Assembly (NCBI GenBank): GCA_036172245.1
Contig: JAYWIR010000037.1
Location: 992,001-1,056,000, forward strand
Direction of reading: 5' to 3'
Length of the DNA: 64,000 bases
Source of the DNA: Raillietiella orientalis
Lineage: Eukaryota
The translations under genes and the position numbers were made by a program. Every line of letters begins with the position of its first letter. The stretch's first letter is position 1. Below the pieces are notes generated by a model. The model was not told where the DNA came from. It was given only the letters and a program-made list of their open reading frames with translations, and searched no databases. Below, piece by piece: positions 1-13,900 of this stretch.

Positions 1-3000
1 GGACTCGGAGCCACGTTGCAGCTACCGGTCAGCCAAAACAAGCTTCCGAAGAACCATTGCTTCTGAAGAACCTATGCTTCCTTGCAGAAGTACACAGCAG
101 GAAGCAGTAAATCTTTCGAAGTCCAGCAGCTATCGTTTTTTCCTCTGTAAAGAGAGAGGGAGAGAGCTCTTTCCCTCCCTGGGATCTGTTTCGAAACTCC
201 CGTTCGATGGGTTCGCCGTTCCCGCGTGGGGAAGGACTCTTTGCTGGTTTTCCGAATGGATTCTAGTCTCCGCGTCTGGAGCTCAGCCCGATTTCGATTG
301 AACACGATGTTCGCGAACGTGACCACAGCGGCAACAGAGAGGAAAAATGCCGACCTTTCGACCTGGAAGAGTGTCTCCACGGTCTTTCCCGAGTGAAGAA
401 AGCCCCCAGCATATTGATCACTCATTCGCTTGAGGACGTGTCCGCTGCCGCCATCAGCAAAGGAGGGCAAAACCTTTCCAGGTCGCCCACGAAGCAAGCG
501 GTTAACAAAGTGAGTGTTGCCAGCAAGAAGCAGGTGAGCATTCGAAAGGTTTCCACTGCGAAGACATACCTCCGGACCAAACAGGGAATGTGCATACGAA
601 AGAAACATAGGTAACCGGGTTCCCGGCCCTTCCGAAGAGGGTAAGCCACCTTATGCTTCCTCCTCCCTCTTCTACCGAATATTCCCTTTCAGGTGCTCCT
701 TCCTTCTTGCCGTGATCCAAACGGAACGACCCACCTCCCCTCTTCTCTTCGCAGCCGTGCACGTCAGGGCGCGTGTTGGTGAACGGGGAAGGACCGAGTG
801 GCTCCGAGAGAGGTGGAGTCCGCTCCTGGCGGCGAGCTAGCGATCCAGAAGGTTCATTCCAGGATTTCGCGGCCTTCGAAAGCAGCATTCGCCTGCCCCT
901 ATCTGCAGCTCAATCTCGGACTGCTATCTTTCCAATTAAAAGCGTGAGTGCGATCGAAAAGAGATCTCTTTTCGCATCAAATTTGGCGGTCGGCCGCACT
1001 CTCCCTCGACGCCCGGATCCGCACCGCCGGCTACGACGAAGGAGCGCTACTGCGCGGGACTGCCCGTGGCGTTTGCGGTGTCGCCGCCTCTCAGTGCCAG
1101 GCGTTCCCCTGAGCTGACTTTCCCCCCTGTTCCGGTCCGGGGAGTGGCCTCCCCTCTGGAGACAAATCTCTTCCGAGCAGCACCTTGCGGCTCCGGCGAG
1201 CCGCTCCCGCAATGGCGCCCACCGGCTCCGAGTTCCCCTCTCTAGCTCGGAGGCGAGAGCGATGGTAGTTGGGTGTGGGAGGGATGGAAACGGAGCCAGG
1301 GGCCTGTCCACTCGCGACGTCTCGAGTTCCAAGCCCATTCCCAAACGTCTTCCGTGCCAGTGGACTTCCGCGTTGACGCCGCCGTCCGTCCATGCTGACC
1401 AAGGACCGAATTCCGAATCATCTCCGATCCAGGAGATGGTCCTACCAGCTGCCCACACACGATCAATTTCTTCAATAATGAAATCGCGCTGATGGCGCAA
1501 ACAATGGAACCTAATTGGAGTAAAGAATTCTGTGGAGGATGGAGCGAATATGTGCCCTGCGGCAGTATTTGATATTTTCTTTTCTAAGAGTGAACTCTTC
1601 AAGTGGAGAGACACCCTTGAAGACCACACATAAATCTGCAAGGAGAGTAAAGCGTATCTGTCCAGAAAGAAAAAGAGAGAGGGGAAAAAAACAGAATTCG
1701 AGTTTAACACTGAGAGCGTCGACGCTCTTCAGGCTAGAGCGGCGTCGCCAGGTTTTTCGTGGGCATGGATACGTGCGCCAACCCGAGCTGGGATAGGTTG
1801 ATTGCTTTACTGTAACGCAGTGCCTTTTATTTATTCAGTGCTTGGGACAAACACCCGGATGTATATATATTTTTATCTGGACTCTTTCTGCCGCTCGGGG
1901 AAAATCCTGACATTCACGCACACCCGAGGGGCAAATCACTGAAGCCTTCCCGATTCCTAATAAGCGCCTCTCATGCGTTCGTGAAGATCCCTGGAGGTCT
2001 CGAAAAGGGGCCGATTTCCCGAGAGCGAAAAATTTTGGATGCTGCTCCATAAAAATTGCCGATTCTCTAATTGATTGGTGACAATCCCAACAGCCGCATG
2101 AGGTCGCAGGTGATTTGTTATGGTCAATCTCAACCACCTCCCGGAACCCACGAATTTTTTTTTATTGCATTTAGGGGTCGGTGAGCACATTTTTCCTTCC
2201 TCTTTTTTCCCTTAGCCGCTCCGTGGAAGCGCGTTCTCCTGGTCTGCTCTCGCGGCTAGACGGATGTTTGAATGGTACCTTCCGTTTCCTGGTGAGACAA
2301 TGCTGCAGTGGGAAGCCCTCTGAAAACCACCACCAGAAGGCTCAATAAAAGATCTAGCGATGCAGCAACTAATGGGTGGTATTTCAAAACAGACTGGGCG
2401 CGCATACTTGGCTGCGAGCTCCTCCGTCCCCTCTACCATGGCAGTGCAACGTCCTCAGGGACTGCTGCTGCTACTCTCTGTGCCGGCAGTGCAAACTTGG
2501 TGTCCTCGGCCTCCACGAGCTCCAAACACTCCGACGAAGAGGCAGAGAAACCAATCAACGCAAAATTCTCAGAAAATCACAAAGGCCGGGTGGAAGCCAG
2601 CCTCAGCCAAATCCCGGGCGAGCCTGTTTGCATGGCAACGAAACGGCGTGCGTTCGTCGCGACCGATGAGAGTGCGGAACTTTGCAGGAGCCGCCGGCCG
2701 GCGGGGCAGCTGGGATGCGCCCGTTGGACTTGGAGGCGCTTTTCTGGTCGCACCTCTCTCCCTCCTCGCCTTCTGCTTCCTCCTGCCGGATGGAGGAGCT
2801 CCTGTGCAGCATCGCTTCCTCGCAACGCACGCAACCCCCGGGTGGGGCAGCCGGTTCCTCGGAAAAACAAGACGGCAGAAAACTCCCTCGATGGCTGCTG
2901 CGAGTGCTGTTTTCGCCACCCCTCTCGCGCGGGAACGACCTTCCACGGTTTCCATCCGACGAGTTGCCGAAGAATGGCGCTTCGCTTTCGCGGATCCTGA

Positions 3001-6000
3001 GCGCCGGGCACGCTCCTCGGCGGCCCCTCGCGGCTGTAAACAACACCTTAATTCAAACGCTTTCGAAAGAAGACGTGGGTCGAGGCGACGGCAGGAAGGA
3101 CGGCAGCTCTCGGCACGGCTCGGCACGGCTGACGGCCGCGCTACCGTTCGTCCGGGCAGCAACGGGCACCGCCGCCGCATGCCAAGAGGCACGCATACCC
3201 ACATACCCATGTGAACCCCCCACTCTCTCGCGGCGTGCGTATTTTCGCCTGGCTACGCCCATTGTTCCACGGGTAGCCGGGATGCCCCCGCGTCCCGGGC
3301 AGCGGGTGCTCTGCCTCGATGGCAATAATTAAGCTGGAAACAACAGAGAGCGAATTCGGATGTCAGCTCGTGAAAGATGTATCGCTCGCGCGCTCTTGCA
3401 GACGGACGGGTCGACCTCCGGTGCTTGTCGCCCTTTGCCCGCGCATCTCTCAGGAGTCAGCGGCGACGCGAGCCCGAAAGCAAAGTGTTTTCTGCTCCAG
3501 AACGCTTTCCCCCGCGCACCGCGCTGAATGCGACCGCGAGCTAAGCGCTGGGCATTGAAAATCGCGGGAACAAAACGGCTGTTTGAGCGGCATCCTCCAG
3601 GAGGAATAAACATTGCTGAATGGGAGTAATCCGCATCCCAAATACCTTAAGCCGTGTCAGGAATCTCCGCAACACCTGCTGCGCATTTTTTTTTGCTCCG
3701 GAGCTCCCGCGCACTGAAAAGGAAGGAAGATAAAGGAGGCTGAGCGGAAAATACTTTCGGGCGCTGCTTCTGGACTGTCGTCGCCGTCTCCAACGACGGC
3801 GAGCGCGAAAACGACGGCGGCCACAGAAACGAAGACGACGAAGGCTCGTGCGCGCGTCCCCTGCCGAGTTCTTGACCACTTGACCAGAGGCGTGGAGGAG
3901 GATCGCGCCAGCTTCGTTTCCATTCTGCGTGGCTCGAGGATGCGAGAGCAGGAGTTCCTGCCGTCCCTCTATTAGTCACAGAGCTTGCATCCTCTTTTCT
4001 TGCGTGCTGTATGTCCTTTTCCCTGCCGGGGGGTTCGAACCGTTTCTTCGGGCAGAAGAAACTCCGGAACGCGTTCTTTTTTTTTTTGTTTTTTTTCATT
4101 TTTCCATTTTTCCGTTTACGAATTCGCGGTGTCGCTCCCGCTCTGCTCGTCGCGCGTAACTCGATCCCAGTGTGTACCCTTTTAGGGAGAGCGGAATGTC
4201 TCTGTCATGCCAGAGTTCTTTCACACGATGAGAAGCATAATATTTATGTTGGCTTTTACAAGATCCCGATCACAACATCTCAGGTCAAAACCAATTGGTC
4301 GGGCCAATGACAGCGGCGGGAGGGAAGCTGTCACCGACGACAATTCTTCCTCCAGGGAAACCGGCGGCAACCGGTTGCAGAAAAAGCGCGGCGGCGGCGG
4401 CGGCGGAAGAGCAAACCGCGGGAAACCTTTCTCCCCCCTCCCTCTGCTTTCCAGCAAACAAGCGGTCGGTGAAGGGATGGGATGGGAAGAGCGGGGCACA
4501 AAGGGGGCTCACAGTAGAGCGCGAATCGCCACGAAGCGCGCGGATTTTCGTTTCTTGTTCCCCGCGCGCCCAACAAGGAAGGAGCCTTCGCTACCCTAGC
4601 GGCTCGCTGCCACGGGCGCCAGTGCACCAGATGCGGGCGAAACCCAGTCCCTTGGATCCATCTTTCGTGCGGGGAAAAAAGAGGGACGTCCACATCCTTC
4701 CTGCGGCGCGTTTTTTCCGGATCTTTCCTCCTCCCTCCGGGAATCGCGCGGTTCCAGGGGGAAGTGGTAGACGGCGCCCGACGTGCGCCACCTCTCTCTC
4801 ACTCTTGGAAGTCGGCGCCGAAGCCGGCTGTACCTGACCCGGCCGGGGATACGGGTCTTCTCTCGTGGACGCTCTCCTGTGGCACTCTAGAGCACTCGCC
4901 TGCGTTTTCGGGCAAGCGAGGCGGGAAGAAAAAACGCACACCCGGAGTAGCGTCGCCCTCTCGCTCCCCCTCCCGGAAACGAAAAAAACGCCCAAATTAT
5001 CTGCTCTCCGGACGTGTCAACGGGTGGGCAATTAAGCAGCTCGGAACCTGCTTTCACGTCGGGATCCTGCAGGTGGTACGGGATGACCCTTCCACGTCTT
5101 CATTTCCCTCGGACGGCGCGCGCGCGAGCGTTTTCGCACACATGATGTTTGGGAGGAGAGTGGGCGCCGAGAGAAATCCTCTCATTACCGGAGGACAAGC
5201 AGCGCCTGCATGGATGCCGGTGACGTCCGTTCATCATCGGACGCGTCGCTATTGTGGCTCCTGTCGTCAAGGAGAGGAATTTTCCTCTCCCCTGTCACCC
5301 GCTGCCTCCCTCCCCCGAGTCTCCCTCCTCTCTAGACGAGGCGAGGTGGCGTTTCTTAATTTGGAGATTGGAGACACGCCTTCGGGGCATTCCGCCGACG
5401 CCATTCCTTTTTCTTCTTTTTTCCTTCGACCCCAGGAAACAGGAGAATCGAGGAAGAGGGGAGGAGAGCACGCTGAAAGGTACCCACCTAGACTTCCCAA
5501 CAGTGTCCTTCCCTTCCCCACTCATCCGCCTTCTCGATTCGCTCCAGTTCCGCTGCAGCTTGGGTGTCGAAGAGTCCGAGTGTTTCTTTCGCCTAGACTG
5601 GGAGGAAAGTCGCTGGTCCCCAGGAGCTTCCTCAGCCGTGGCTCCTGCGGGGAGCCGCGCGGTCCAGCGCCCAGTGGGCTGCTGCGCGCCGGAGGCGGCA
5701 GTCCGGGAGCAGCCGGGCGACCGCCGTGGAAACTAAAAGCGCGGCGTGAGTGGCGACGATGCGAGACGACTGTTCCAAGTCAGTCGCCACGAAGATGCGA
5801 CAAAAGAAGGACCGGGAATCGCACCTTCCAGTCCCCTCCCCCATCCCTCCTTTTTATGTTTACTCGCTCGCTACGGTCAACCACCTCCCCGTCCTTTTCC
5901 TTCTCCTCCTCCTCCAGTCGTTTTTCCCAGGAAAAGGTCCTCTCTGTAGTTGACTCTTCGGAGCATCCACTCCTACCGCCGTCCCACGAAAAAAAAAATA

Positions 6001-6559
6001 TCCTCCCCCCCCAAAAAAAAAGAGTAGGGAACGGAAAAGCCGGGCAGCATCATCCGTGAACGATCTCGAAGATGCCAAAGATCCTCCTCAGCCGCTGCTG
6101 CTGGCCCACGGCGCATCTTCTTCCTCTCTTAATTTATACGCCTCCCGGATTCGGGAAGCAGGAATACTAGCCGCTCAGCCAGGCTCCTATTTTTTTTTAT
6201 CTGCGTTATCAGACGCGACGTCTTTCACTGCTTGATTAACAGCGGAGGACACCCGTATATCAGTGGGGGAAGAAAGGGAGGGGGAAAGATGGGAGGAATT
6301 CGCCTGCTCGCATCCGATGCGCGCGAGCAGGCAGGGGCGCGTGCAGGACTCGGCAGCGCGGGGGCTCGCCCGGGAAGAGACAGGACTTTTCCCGCCTCCC
6401 TTTTTCTCCTATCCCGGGAGAAGCCTGTTTCTTCAAAAGATCGACGGAGAGAGCGAAGCTTCCATGACAGGTGGAGGGAAGCCGTCCAGGATTGCCGATT
6501 CCTTCTGTTCCTTTTGGTGGGGGAGGAAAGAAAGCCTGCGAGGAGGGATTCAGGAATCC

Positions 6560-6790
6560 GTTCCGGCAGCGTGCAAACTCGTGGCCAGAGGGTGGGGGGA
6601 GTGCGTCGAAGGTTCTCCGGCGAAAGTCGGCGAGTCACTCTGTGGGGGTCGCCCGGCTGACTCTCGGAGCGGATCCTCCCCCTGCTGGGGTGCTGCCATC
6701 TGCACCAGGCTACAGCGTGTCGTTTCTGCGCACGCTATCAGGAAGGGGGGGTGGAGGTTCCGTCTCGTAGACACTGGTCTCTCTGGAGAC
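6560..6790 (+). mobile_element. possible decayed Ty1/copia-type reverse transcriptase fragment
   Basis: Frame of ORF 6263..6844 reads CKLVARGWGE...RSGSSPC...RLQRVVSAHAIRKGGWRFRLVD. This loosely follows copia RT KARLVARGF...SPT...RxxLAxAxxxGWxxxxxD. Manual match only. Confidence 0.22.
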
Positions 6791-8499
6791 TCGGAAGTGG
6801 GGTGGAGAGGGAGGTCTGCACTCCCTATCCCACCTAGGGACTGAAGCGGCGGCTGCTCACTCAGCAAGGCCGAACGTCCGCGCCCTTCCGAAACTCCCTC
6901 CGAGTTCGTTGGCATGGCATCCTCGTCGTCAGCCAGGGCGAAAACTCAGCGCGGCGTTCCCGTTGGCACTTGGCGCCTGCGCGCGCGCGCGTCCTCTGTT
7001 TCCTCCTCCTCCTCTGAGAGGCGACCGCTTTCCTCGCGGGCACGGGAAGGTGCACCCTGGCTGTCAGCCTCATTCCGAGCTACCAGGAGAAACAGAGGAA
7101 GAGCCCTCAGGGGACGGGCTGCTGCCCCCTTGCCCCCGACGGGTCTTGTGACGTGCTCCTCGTCGTCTGCGCGCGCGTGCGCGCATCCGACCCTGCGCGC
7201 GGCGTGGTCTCGGACGCCGGACCGCTGCTGCTTGTCACCGTGGGAGACGGCTCACCTCCGGTCATCCAGACACTCGCCTTTCAAAAGAGTCGTCGTTTAT
7301 TGTGAAGCCAATCAGAGGCACCCACACGGGACGCAGAGGAATGCGGGAGGGAATTGAAAAGACTTCGGTTGATGCGCTCGCGGCAGTTGTCTTCACATAA
7401 CGTCAGTCTGTTTCCCAACTTTCGTGGCACCTCCAATGGTCCAAATTTCCAGTGGGCAGCTTTTCGAGATTTTTCCTTCCTTTTTTTTCCGTGTCGTTCT
7501 TTCAGAGTTCGGAGCTCAGGGCGGAGGCGGGGGAGGAGTTCACGGTCCTTGCTCTTTCTCGCTCCCTCCAAAAGGCAACTCCCGGGCACCGCAGGCACTC
7601 GCAGCAGAGAGGAAAGGCAGCGAGTCCGAACCGCGGGCTGGTGGTGCTGCCTTACATCTGCAGAGAGCTAAGGTCGGGTCGTGCGACACACGAGATGACT
7701 CCAGGTCTCTTCCTGCCGCGAATGAAACAGTGGCGAGGTCGATGGCAAACATCGGAAGTTCATCGGGACCTTCGTAGAGGTCAAGGACGCAAGAATCGAA
7801 AGTTTCGACTGGTCGGAAAGGGTCGGTGCTCCTCTGCTCGTGAACGTTGCGCAAGACTGCTGCGTCCATCGGCGTCGGCCAGCACTGGGCTCTGGCGCTG
7901 CTGGCTCGGATGCCGCAAACCGTCGGCTGCAACCTTCACCTCGGACCATCTCGTGAATGTGCGTCTTGTCCTGCACCTGAAGCGCGGAAATTGCGATGCG
8001 GATGTGAGCATCTCTGCTGCCTCCGGCTTTAGAAAGGGGTGAGAACGATGCCTCGCGCTAAAACCGACTGTGAGGGAGCAACTCTCTGAGGCAAGGGATG
8101 GTGGCAAACCACAACGAGGAAAATGGCAGAAGGGTCGCTGCTTTCCCATGTTCTGCAGGAGAAATTCTGATTTGACAGGAGGAGCGACTTCGGTGGATGC
8201 ATCTTTCGCAATGCGTTTCCACCCGCCTTGCTTAGGGAGCTTCAGACTGCTGCATCAGATTTCCGTGCATCGGATTTCTTCCTCCTCTTTTCGAGGAGAC
8301 GATCCGAGCGCACGTTAGGTACATGATGCAGCAGCGGTGTTGTCTCTTTTGCCTCGACTGATGAGCAACTCCCTACATACTCGCACTTCGTCAGTGCTTC
8401 TTTTTGTTTTTGTTTTTCCCTTTTTTTTCTTTTTTTCCTTATGCAGGGGGGAAGGCGCACACGGTCGTCCTTCTTTGCGTGGACAAACACAGATGGAGA

Positions 8500-9230
8500 T
8501 CACTCGTATGTTCAAAGTGTCACAGGAAGATCTAATCGGAAGGCGTTGGGCTATCAATCAGCCACCCGGGACTCCAAGGGTCTTGTTTCAAGAAATGCAA
8601 TGGATGAGAGACGGAGACGATAAACCACATTAATTTTCCAAGTTCACCAGAAGACCCTGCCTCAGTGCGTTGATGGGCCGAGGCGGAACGGACTTTTCGC
8701 ATGGAGAAAGTGGATGATAACCATGCAGCGGGTCCTCTCGGAAACTAGGAACATCCGATGACAGACCATATTTCACCGCATGCTGGACGATGTTTTGAAA
8801 GAGCACAATCTGTCGTTGGTAGTTATCACACGGGAAGATGTTTGGGGGTCCTTAATTTCGCGGGCTCATTTCGTCTTTTGTTTGGTCTTAGGAGAATGCT
8901 CGTCTTCCTGACGTGCCTAAGAAGCCAAGCTGCAGCTTGTAATTACGTTAAAATGTTGGAACAAACGAGGTGCGCATTAATTGCCTGGTCTCAGATCAAC
9001 TGTTAAATGGACCTGCTAAGTAGATAGGTCTTCAGGGATTGCAACCGCATGCGTTGGGAAATACTCGGAGATTCCATTGAATTGCTTACCCTAATGAGTC
9101 GGAACCCCCTGCTAGCAACACTCCTAGAGTTGTTATTAGCGAGACTGTTCATCATCGTCTCCCGTCGTTTATCCAAAGTAACCCTTTCTCTCCTGTTTCC
9201 CAATTTCGAAAATCCCACCGACTCTCACCT
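8500..9230 (+). mobile_element. decayed Ty3/gypsy reverse transcriptase and connection region (relic)
   Basis: Ordered motif remnants across frames with stops: FSKFTR..M..TDFS..G (~8634; cf. FSKLD...M...KTAF..G), RVLSETRN..TIFHRMLDDVLKEH (~8730-8806; cf. RMPFGLKNAPATFQRLMDxVL), VFLTCLRSQAAACNYVK (cf. VLxRLRxAGLxLNxxK), LLFPNFENP (~9190; cf. LAFPDFxKP). The catalytic YxDD is not intact. Confidence 0.5.
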
Positions 9231-10304
9231 GGAAAGGGGAGGAGGAGGGGGAAAGGTTGGTAAAAGAATTTTCCCTCCCCTTCCTCCCGACAAACTGCTC
9301 AATTTCGGAAGCCCGGACAGAGATATCAAGTTTGCTTTCCCTTCCTTTCTTGGAGAAAGTATCAAAACTCTCCTCACCTTGGTTTATGCGGACTGCTGTC
9401 TTCGCTCTCCGAGGCGCAGAGCAGGTCCGTCCGTAAAAACCTCTTCCTTCGCCGCAGCGCCCAGTGGAATTCGCGTTCCCCCCTTTCACGTCGTCGATGA
9501 GGACAGTGTTTTATTGTCGGAGATCCCTCTTGCCAGAGGACGTAACCGACAGGCATTCGGCGCCCATTCTTCTACCCGGCCGCTGCCCGAGCTCACGAGA
9601 CTGCGTGGAACGACCGACGCTGCCGCTTTGCTCCTCTTCCTTTCAGCGGAGGTGTCGGCAGCTGCGAGGGGAAAGCGTCAGCACTGACCCTCTTGAGGAA
9701 GCGAAGGAACGATGGGAGCTCGGAATCCGTGGTGCCGAAGGAAGGATCCGGAAACTGTTCCTTTCTTTCCAGCCAAAGGGTGTTTTGTCGTTACTCACGA
9801 ATTCCCCCTTGTTTTCGCCGTGTAGCTGAAGGAAAGAGCTCGCTGTTGCCGTCGCTGCTACAGTTTGCGCGAGGAGCTAACTGGTCGGATCGCATCCGGA
9901 GTACCCTCTTAAGGTGCGAGTGTCCCAAGGATGGCGCGCGATAGGGTACGAGTGTGTGCGCAAAGCCCCAAATACGTCTCTTTTGCGCTGCAGTAGCGGC
10001 TGCCTGCATCCGCAAAAGGAGTTTCTCGTTGCAAGAAAATTACCTGGTTTCGAGGCGATGTTGGTCACGTTGGACATCCTTCCAGAGTGAGACTCGATCA
10101 TTGCACTGCGATTGGGCTGACCTCTGCGACAACCCAAACTTGGGTTACTCAGAAGCATAATTTTTAGTCACAGTTTCTTGGCGTGACCTGGAAGATGGTT
10201 CCAGGCTTGTGGTGCTCTGGATGAAGTGACCTGAACCCGAGACTGGTTCTTACCGCAGCATGACGAGGAATCCTTAGGGGTTCTTCTGTTTTCCTTCCAG
10301 CTTT

Positions 10305-10925
10305 TCTTTTTTGGTTCGCAAAGTGCTGAAGAACCGTCCTCTCCTTAGTGGACGCTTACAGAGCTCTTTTTAACACTATCCACTCCACCAGAGGGTGTGT
10401 GACTCTTCAACTTAAGAGGTAACTTCAGAAGGACCACTATGAATCCAGGAAGGAGTCCGTTGGCAGGGAACCCCGAGGGAAAACTCTCCCTATTTCTTCT
10501 CTGGAGCGCAAGGAAACTGCTCCTCTGAAGAGAACCCCGGAGGGACGCTTGCAAATTCCTTTGAAGGGCACTCTTTTTGCACTCTGAAAAGGCGACCCCC
10601 GAGGGGATATCAACGACCAGCTCCATGGCACACGATAGAGAGCCCCCCACCCCAAGAGGGGAGAAGGACGACTCTATTTGCACAACCGGAGGGGACCGGC
10701 TCCTCGATTCCTGGAAGGACCCCAGAGGGTCAGTTTCCAATATCGGCCGGTCAGTGAGAGCGTCAGGCTTATACGAGTGCCGCAGTTCGAAGCCTACAGG
10801 CCAATCAGCGTCATCCTGCGGATGAACGACTCAAAACCCGCGATCTACCCATCCTTTCCCGGGCGGGATTCGAACCCACAACGCGTGGTACCACTCTCGG
10901 AGACCGCAGCCACCGGCTGCCAGCT
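10305..10925 (-). mobile_element. tRNA-headed SINE-like element, copy A (near full length)
   Basis: On the minus strand: B-box GGTTCGAATC (10867-10876) and hairpin TCATCC-GCA-GGATGA (10811-10825). Shares body blocks with the copies at 24.6, 27.9, 46.5 and 60.7 kb. The 3' end GACGGTTCTTCAGCACTTTGCGAACC is followed by an A-rich tail. Confidence 0.85.
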
Positions 10926-13900
10926 GCCAGGGGAATTCTTCGATTCAAGTGGGGATTCCTATCGCTTCCACTGGACTCTGATGTGGTTCGATCAGCCGCT
11001 TGTTCGACTTGTGGATGAAATGAAGAGGAAAACATGAAGGCGTGCGCGCCAATCCCTCTCTTCATTGGGCAAAGTTTTTTTTCGCAGTGAAGAATCCACG
11101 CCGCCCGGAGTGGCTGAGGATGAGTAAATACGCTGCTCGTCCACTCTGGGTTCAAGAGACCAAGAACATGAATCGTCCCCGAAAGCTTCATCTTGGTCTC
11201 TGCTTTCCTGGACACGATTCTGAAAATGATTCCTCCAGAGGTTCATCATCGCCTCCATTGTATTTTGGTACCTTTCAGAAAGCTGCTTGCTGCCGCGATC
11301 GGGTTGCTAGGCAACTGCGGATCTTCAGAAACGTCTCGGCCACCACGAATGCCGCCGACAGCCCATTACGCGAACGTGTGCATCCTTTCTGCTTTCAGAC
11401 TTCGGAACGTATCTCACGTGCTTGCAGCACGCGTATCGTTGCATTCTGTTGCTCTTTTACGGTGGATGCCTGGATGAAGTGCACGCCCACAGAGAATGCA
11501 CAAAGGACGACCGGACACCCCCGTGGGCCGACGAACAGAAAGTTTCCGCTTGCTCTTCAGCGTCCTGTGTGGACACGAACAAGTTATCCTCGTGCGTTTG
11601 GCGCGAGCGCAGCGTGAAGGAGCGCACGTGTGCGCTCAAAGAGATGCGCGCATCACTGGCTTCGAGAAGAGCACTGATGGCCACGCTGCAGGGTCAGTGC
11701 CTCAGCAGTGGATTAGGCGAACCAGCAACAAGGAAAACTATACGAGTAAGAAGAAGGGAAAAAAGGGGGGTGAGTGGATGGGAGGGGAGGGGGAAGGGGA
11801 CGCCAACGGCGGTACGAACATGCGCCCATCAGTCCACGCGCCTATCTTCGTTTCTCTTCTCTGCATCGCGGGAGCTGGAGCGAGCATGGCCGGTGGGGAC
11901 AGGGAATATTCCGGAGACTGGAAGCCCCGACTGGATCGCCGCCATGGGAGCAGCCCGTGCTTTTTTCCCATCCAGCGGTTCCAACCGCTAAAAGTCAGTA
12001 AAGCTGAGTGGATTCCTTGAGGAACCTGGCGAACCCTGTCAATTACGAGATCAGCGGAGCGGAGGCGGCGCGAAGGAATTCGCTTTCGGAAGGCGAGTCA
12101 GGTTCGAAAACAGCTTCAGAAGAAGAGCGATCGAGATGCCCCGTGGTCCGCACCGTCCGACAAGTCATGCGTGTCCAAGTCTCGCTGATGCGGGTGTGTG
12201 TGTGTGTTGTGTGCGTGCCTCTTCGGCGGGGATCGTCCCCCGAAGCATCGAGGTGCCCAGTTCTCGGGCTGGAATCCAGGTTTCAGTCGGAGCCAGAACG
12301 CCCCCCCCCCCCATCCGTCCGAGAAAATAGGAAATCTGTGTTTTCGATCACCGTGACAACGCGCGCGCAGGTCCATTTGGTGACCTGAAAAAGCGCGCTG
12401 CGGATTCGATACATCAGGCATCGAGGGCCGCAATCAGCTGTGTTGAGACAACTCGACTTGTTGAGATCTCATTCATCTTGATAGACAGAGTAAAGTGATC
12501 TGGAAAGATAATGTTGCACGCTGCCCTCGCCGATCGGCGGAAAGTGACTCTGACTCGCGGCAAAAACAAATCAGACGGGATTTCGAAGGCGGAGCAGGGA
12601 GAAAAGGAAAAAAAAAAACAAAACAAAAACAAAAACAAAAGAGCGCCACCGGGAAACTCGTCGCCTACCCGAGGTCGGCTTCCCGAGTTTCCCTCGAATT
12701 TTGGAGGGTTTTTAAACACGGGGAAAGGAAGTCCCCCCTCCTCCTTCCCCTTCTCTCCCCCTATTAGCAAGTTGTTTCCTCAGGCGGACGGGAGCTCCTG
12801 AGCCCCCGCGGGACGTGGTGGTGGAATAACCTGGGAACGGACTCCTTCCTCACCACCGTCCACCAAGGTGAACCAGGAGATCCTTCTCGAATCCTACTTT
12901 TCTCGTTTCTCGTCCGCGTGGGAGCGGACAGCGGCAGAGGGCGACATCAATGGAGAGAGGGAGCACGGATGAGGTTCATGTTCTGAAGGGAAAAAAAAAA
13001 AAAAAAAAAAGACTGCCACGCGCTTTCCTGCCTTTGCTTGACGGTCCTCAAAGGGAGTGTGCAACAGCGGCTTCGAGAGCACGCATGCGCTGGCATGGAT
13101 TCCAGTCTCCGCATCCCCAGCGTCCTTCGAGTTGCCCTGCGTCAAAGAGCCGCTCGGCATGTTAAAAGCGTCCTGAAAGCTCCTCATTCTGTGAAGACAA
13201 AGGAGGCACTCATCCTTCCTCCCTTCGCGGGCGAAAGAGCTGGTGTCTTCCTTCCCCAGAACGTGGTCTTGTCTGTACTCGGCGTCAAGGATCTCGTTTG
13301 ACTTCCATCGAGGACCAAGGCGCGCGAGCCGCCCTGGATGCAAGACTGTCTAAGATTCGATTCGGGCTGCTAACAGCGGGACCAAAAGTCGCCTCCGCAT
13401 GGAATTTTCCTGCTCGAACCAGCCCGTTCCTGGAGCGAGGTCCATTCCTCAGAGAGGGGAGCGCAGCGAAGGTTTTCGCCTGGGACGCGCGGGCGGCACG
13501 GGAATCTCGGCTGACGCACGAATGCGGTGTCGATTGCTCTGTGAAAGAACATCTCAGACGCTGTCTGTTTCTTCACCGGTGTTCTCGGGATGGTGCTCGC
13601 TGACAGTCAGTTACCATGCGTCGATAATTTCTGCTCCCGGAAGTCTAATTTGCAGCAGCCGAAGCAAGTCAGCCTCTCCCAGGGAGGGCTGGGAGAGTCA
13701 AGCTTCCAGCATGTGGGCGGAAATTGCGGGTTCTCGTTTCTGCAGCTGCTCGGAATCTAGGAATTTCGTTCTCAAAGAAGAGCGCGCTCAAAAATAAAAT
13801 AAAATAAAAAAAAAGGTCAAAAAGGAAAGAAAAAGGGGAGGCAAAAACGAACAGCACGAAACCTCGTTGTGCCCACGGGTCCTGTGTCGCTCCCGTTTCC

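Noticed and set aside
280..700. Possible spliced gene fragment on the + strand (GTGAG/GTAAC/GTAAG donors, CAG acceptors)
   Set aside because: Splice-like signals are present, but the peptide resembles nothing I recognise and a model cannot be supported without transcripts.
1834..1943. snoRNA or miRNA-like element closed by TTCAGTG/CACTGAA
   Set aside because: Only a 7-bp stem, no C box (RUGAUGA), and no extended hairpin or known mature miRNA sequence.
4764..6059. 431-aa ORF and other long ORFs in GC-rich islands (e.g. 910..1710, 2360..3214, 26842..27669, 40636..41292)
   Set aside because: Low-complexity Arg/Pro/Ser/Gly-rich translations, overlapping ORFs in several frames, runs through homopolymers and no domains. 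This is expected from stop-codon scarcity at high GC.
10785..10825. LINE RT motif YRPIS (FEAYRPISVIL)
   Set aside because: It lies antisense within SINE copy A and is not conserved in the other copies (HGPTSF, HGPSSF). Chance match.
10860..10925. tRNA gene (also at ~24700, ~27960 and ~60790)
   Set aside because: Only the B-box/T-arm is recognisable and I could not fold a full cloverleaf. Each site continues into the same repeat body, so these are SINE heads.
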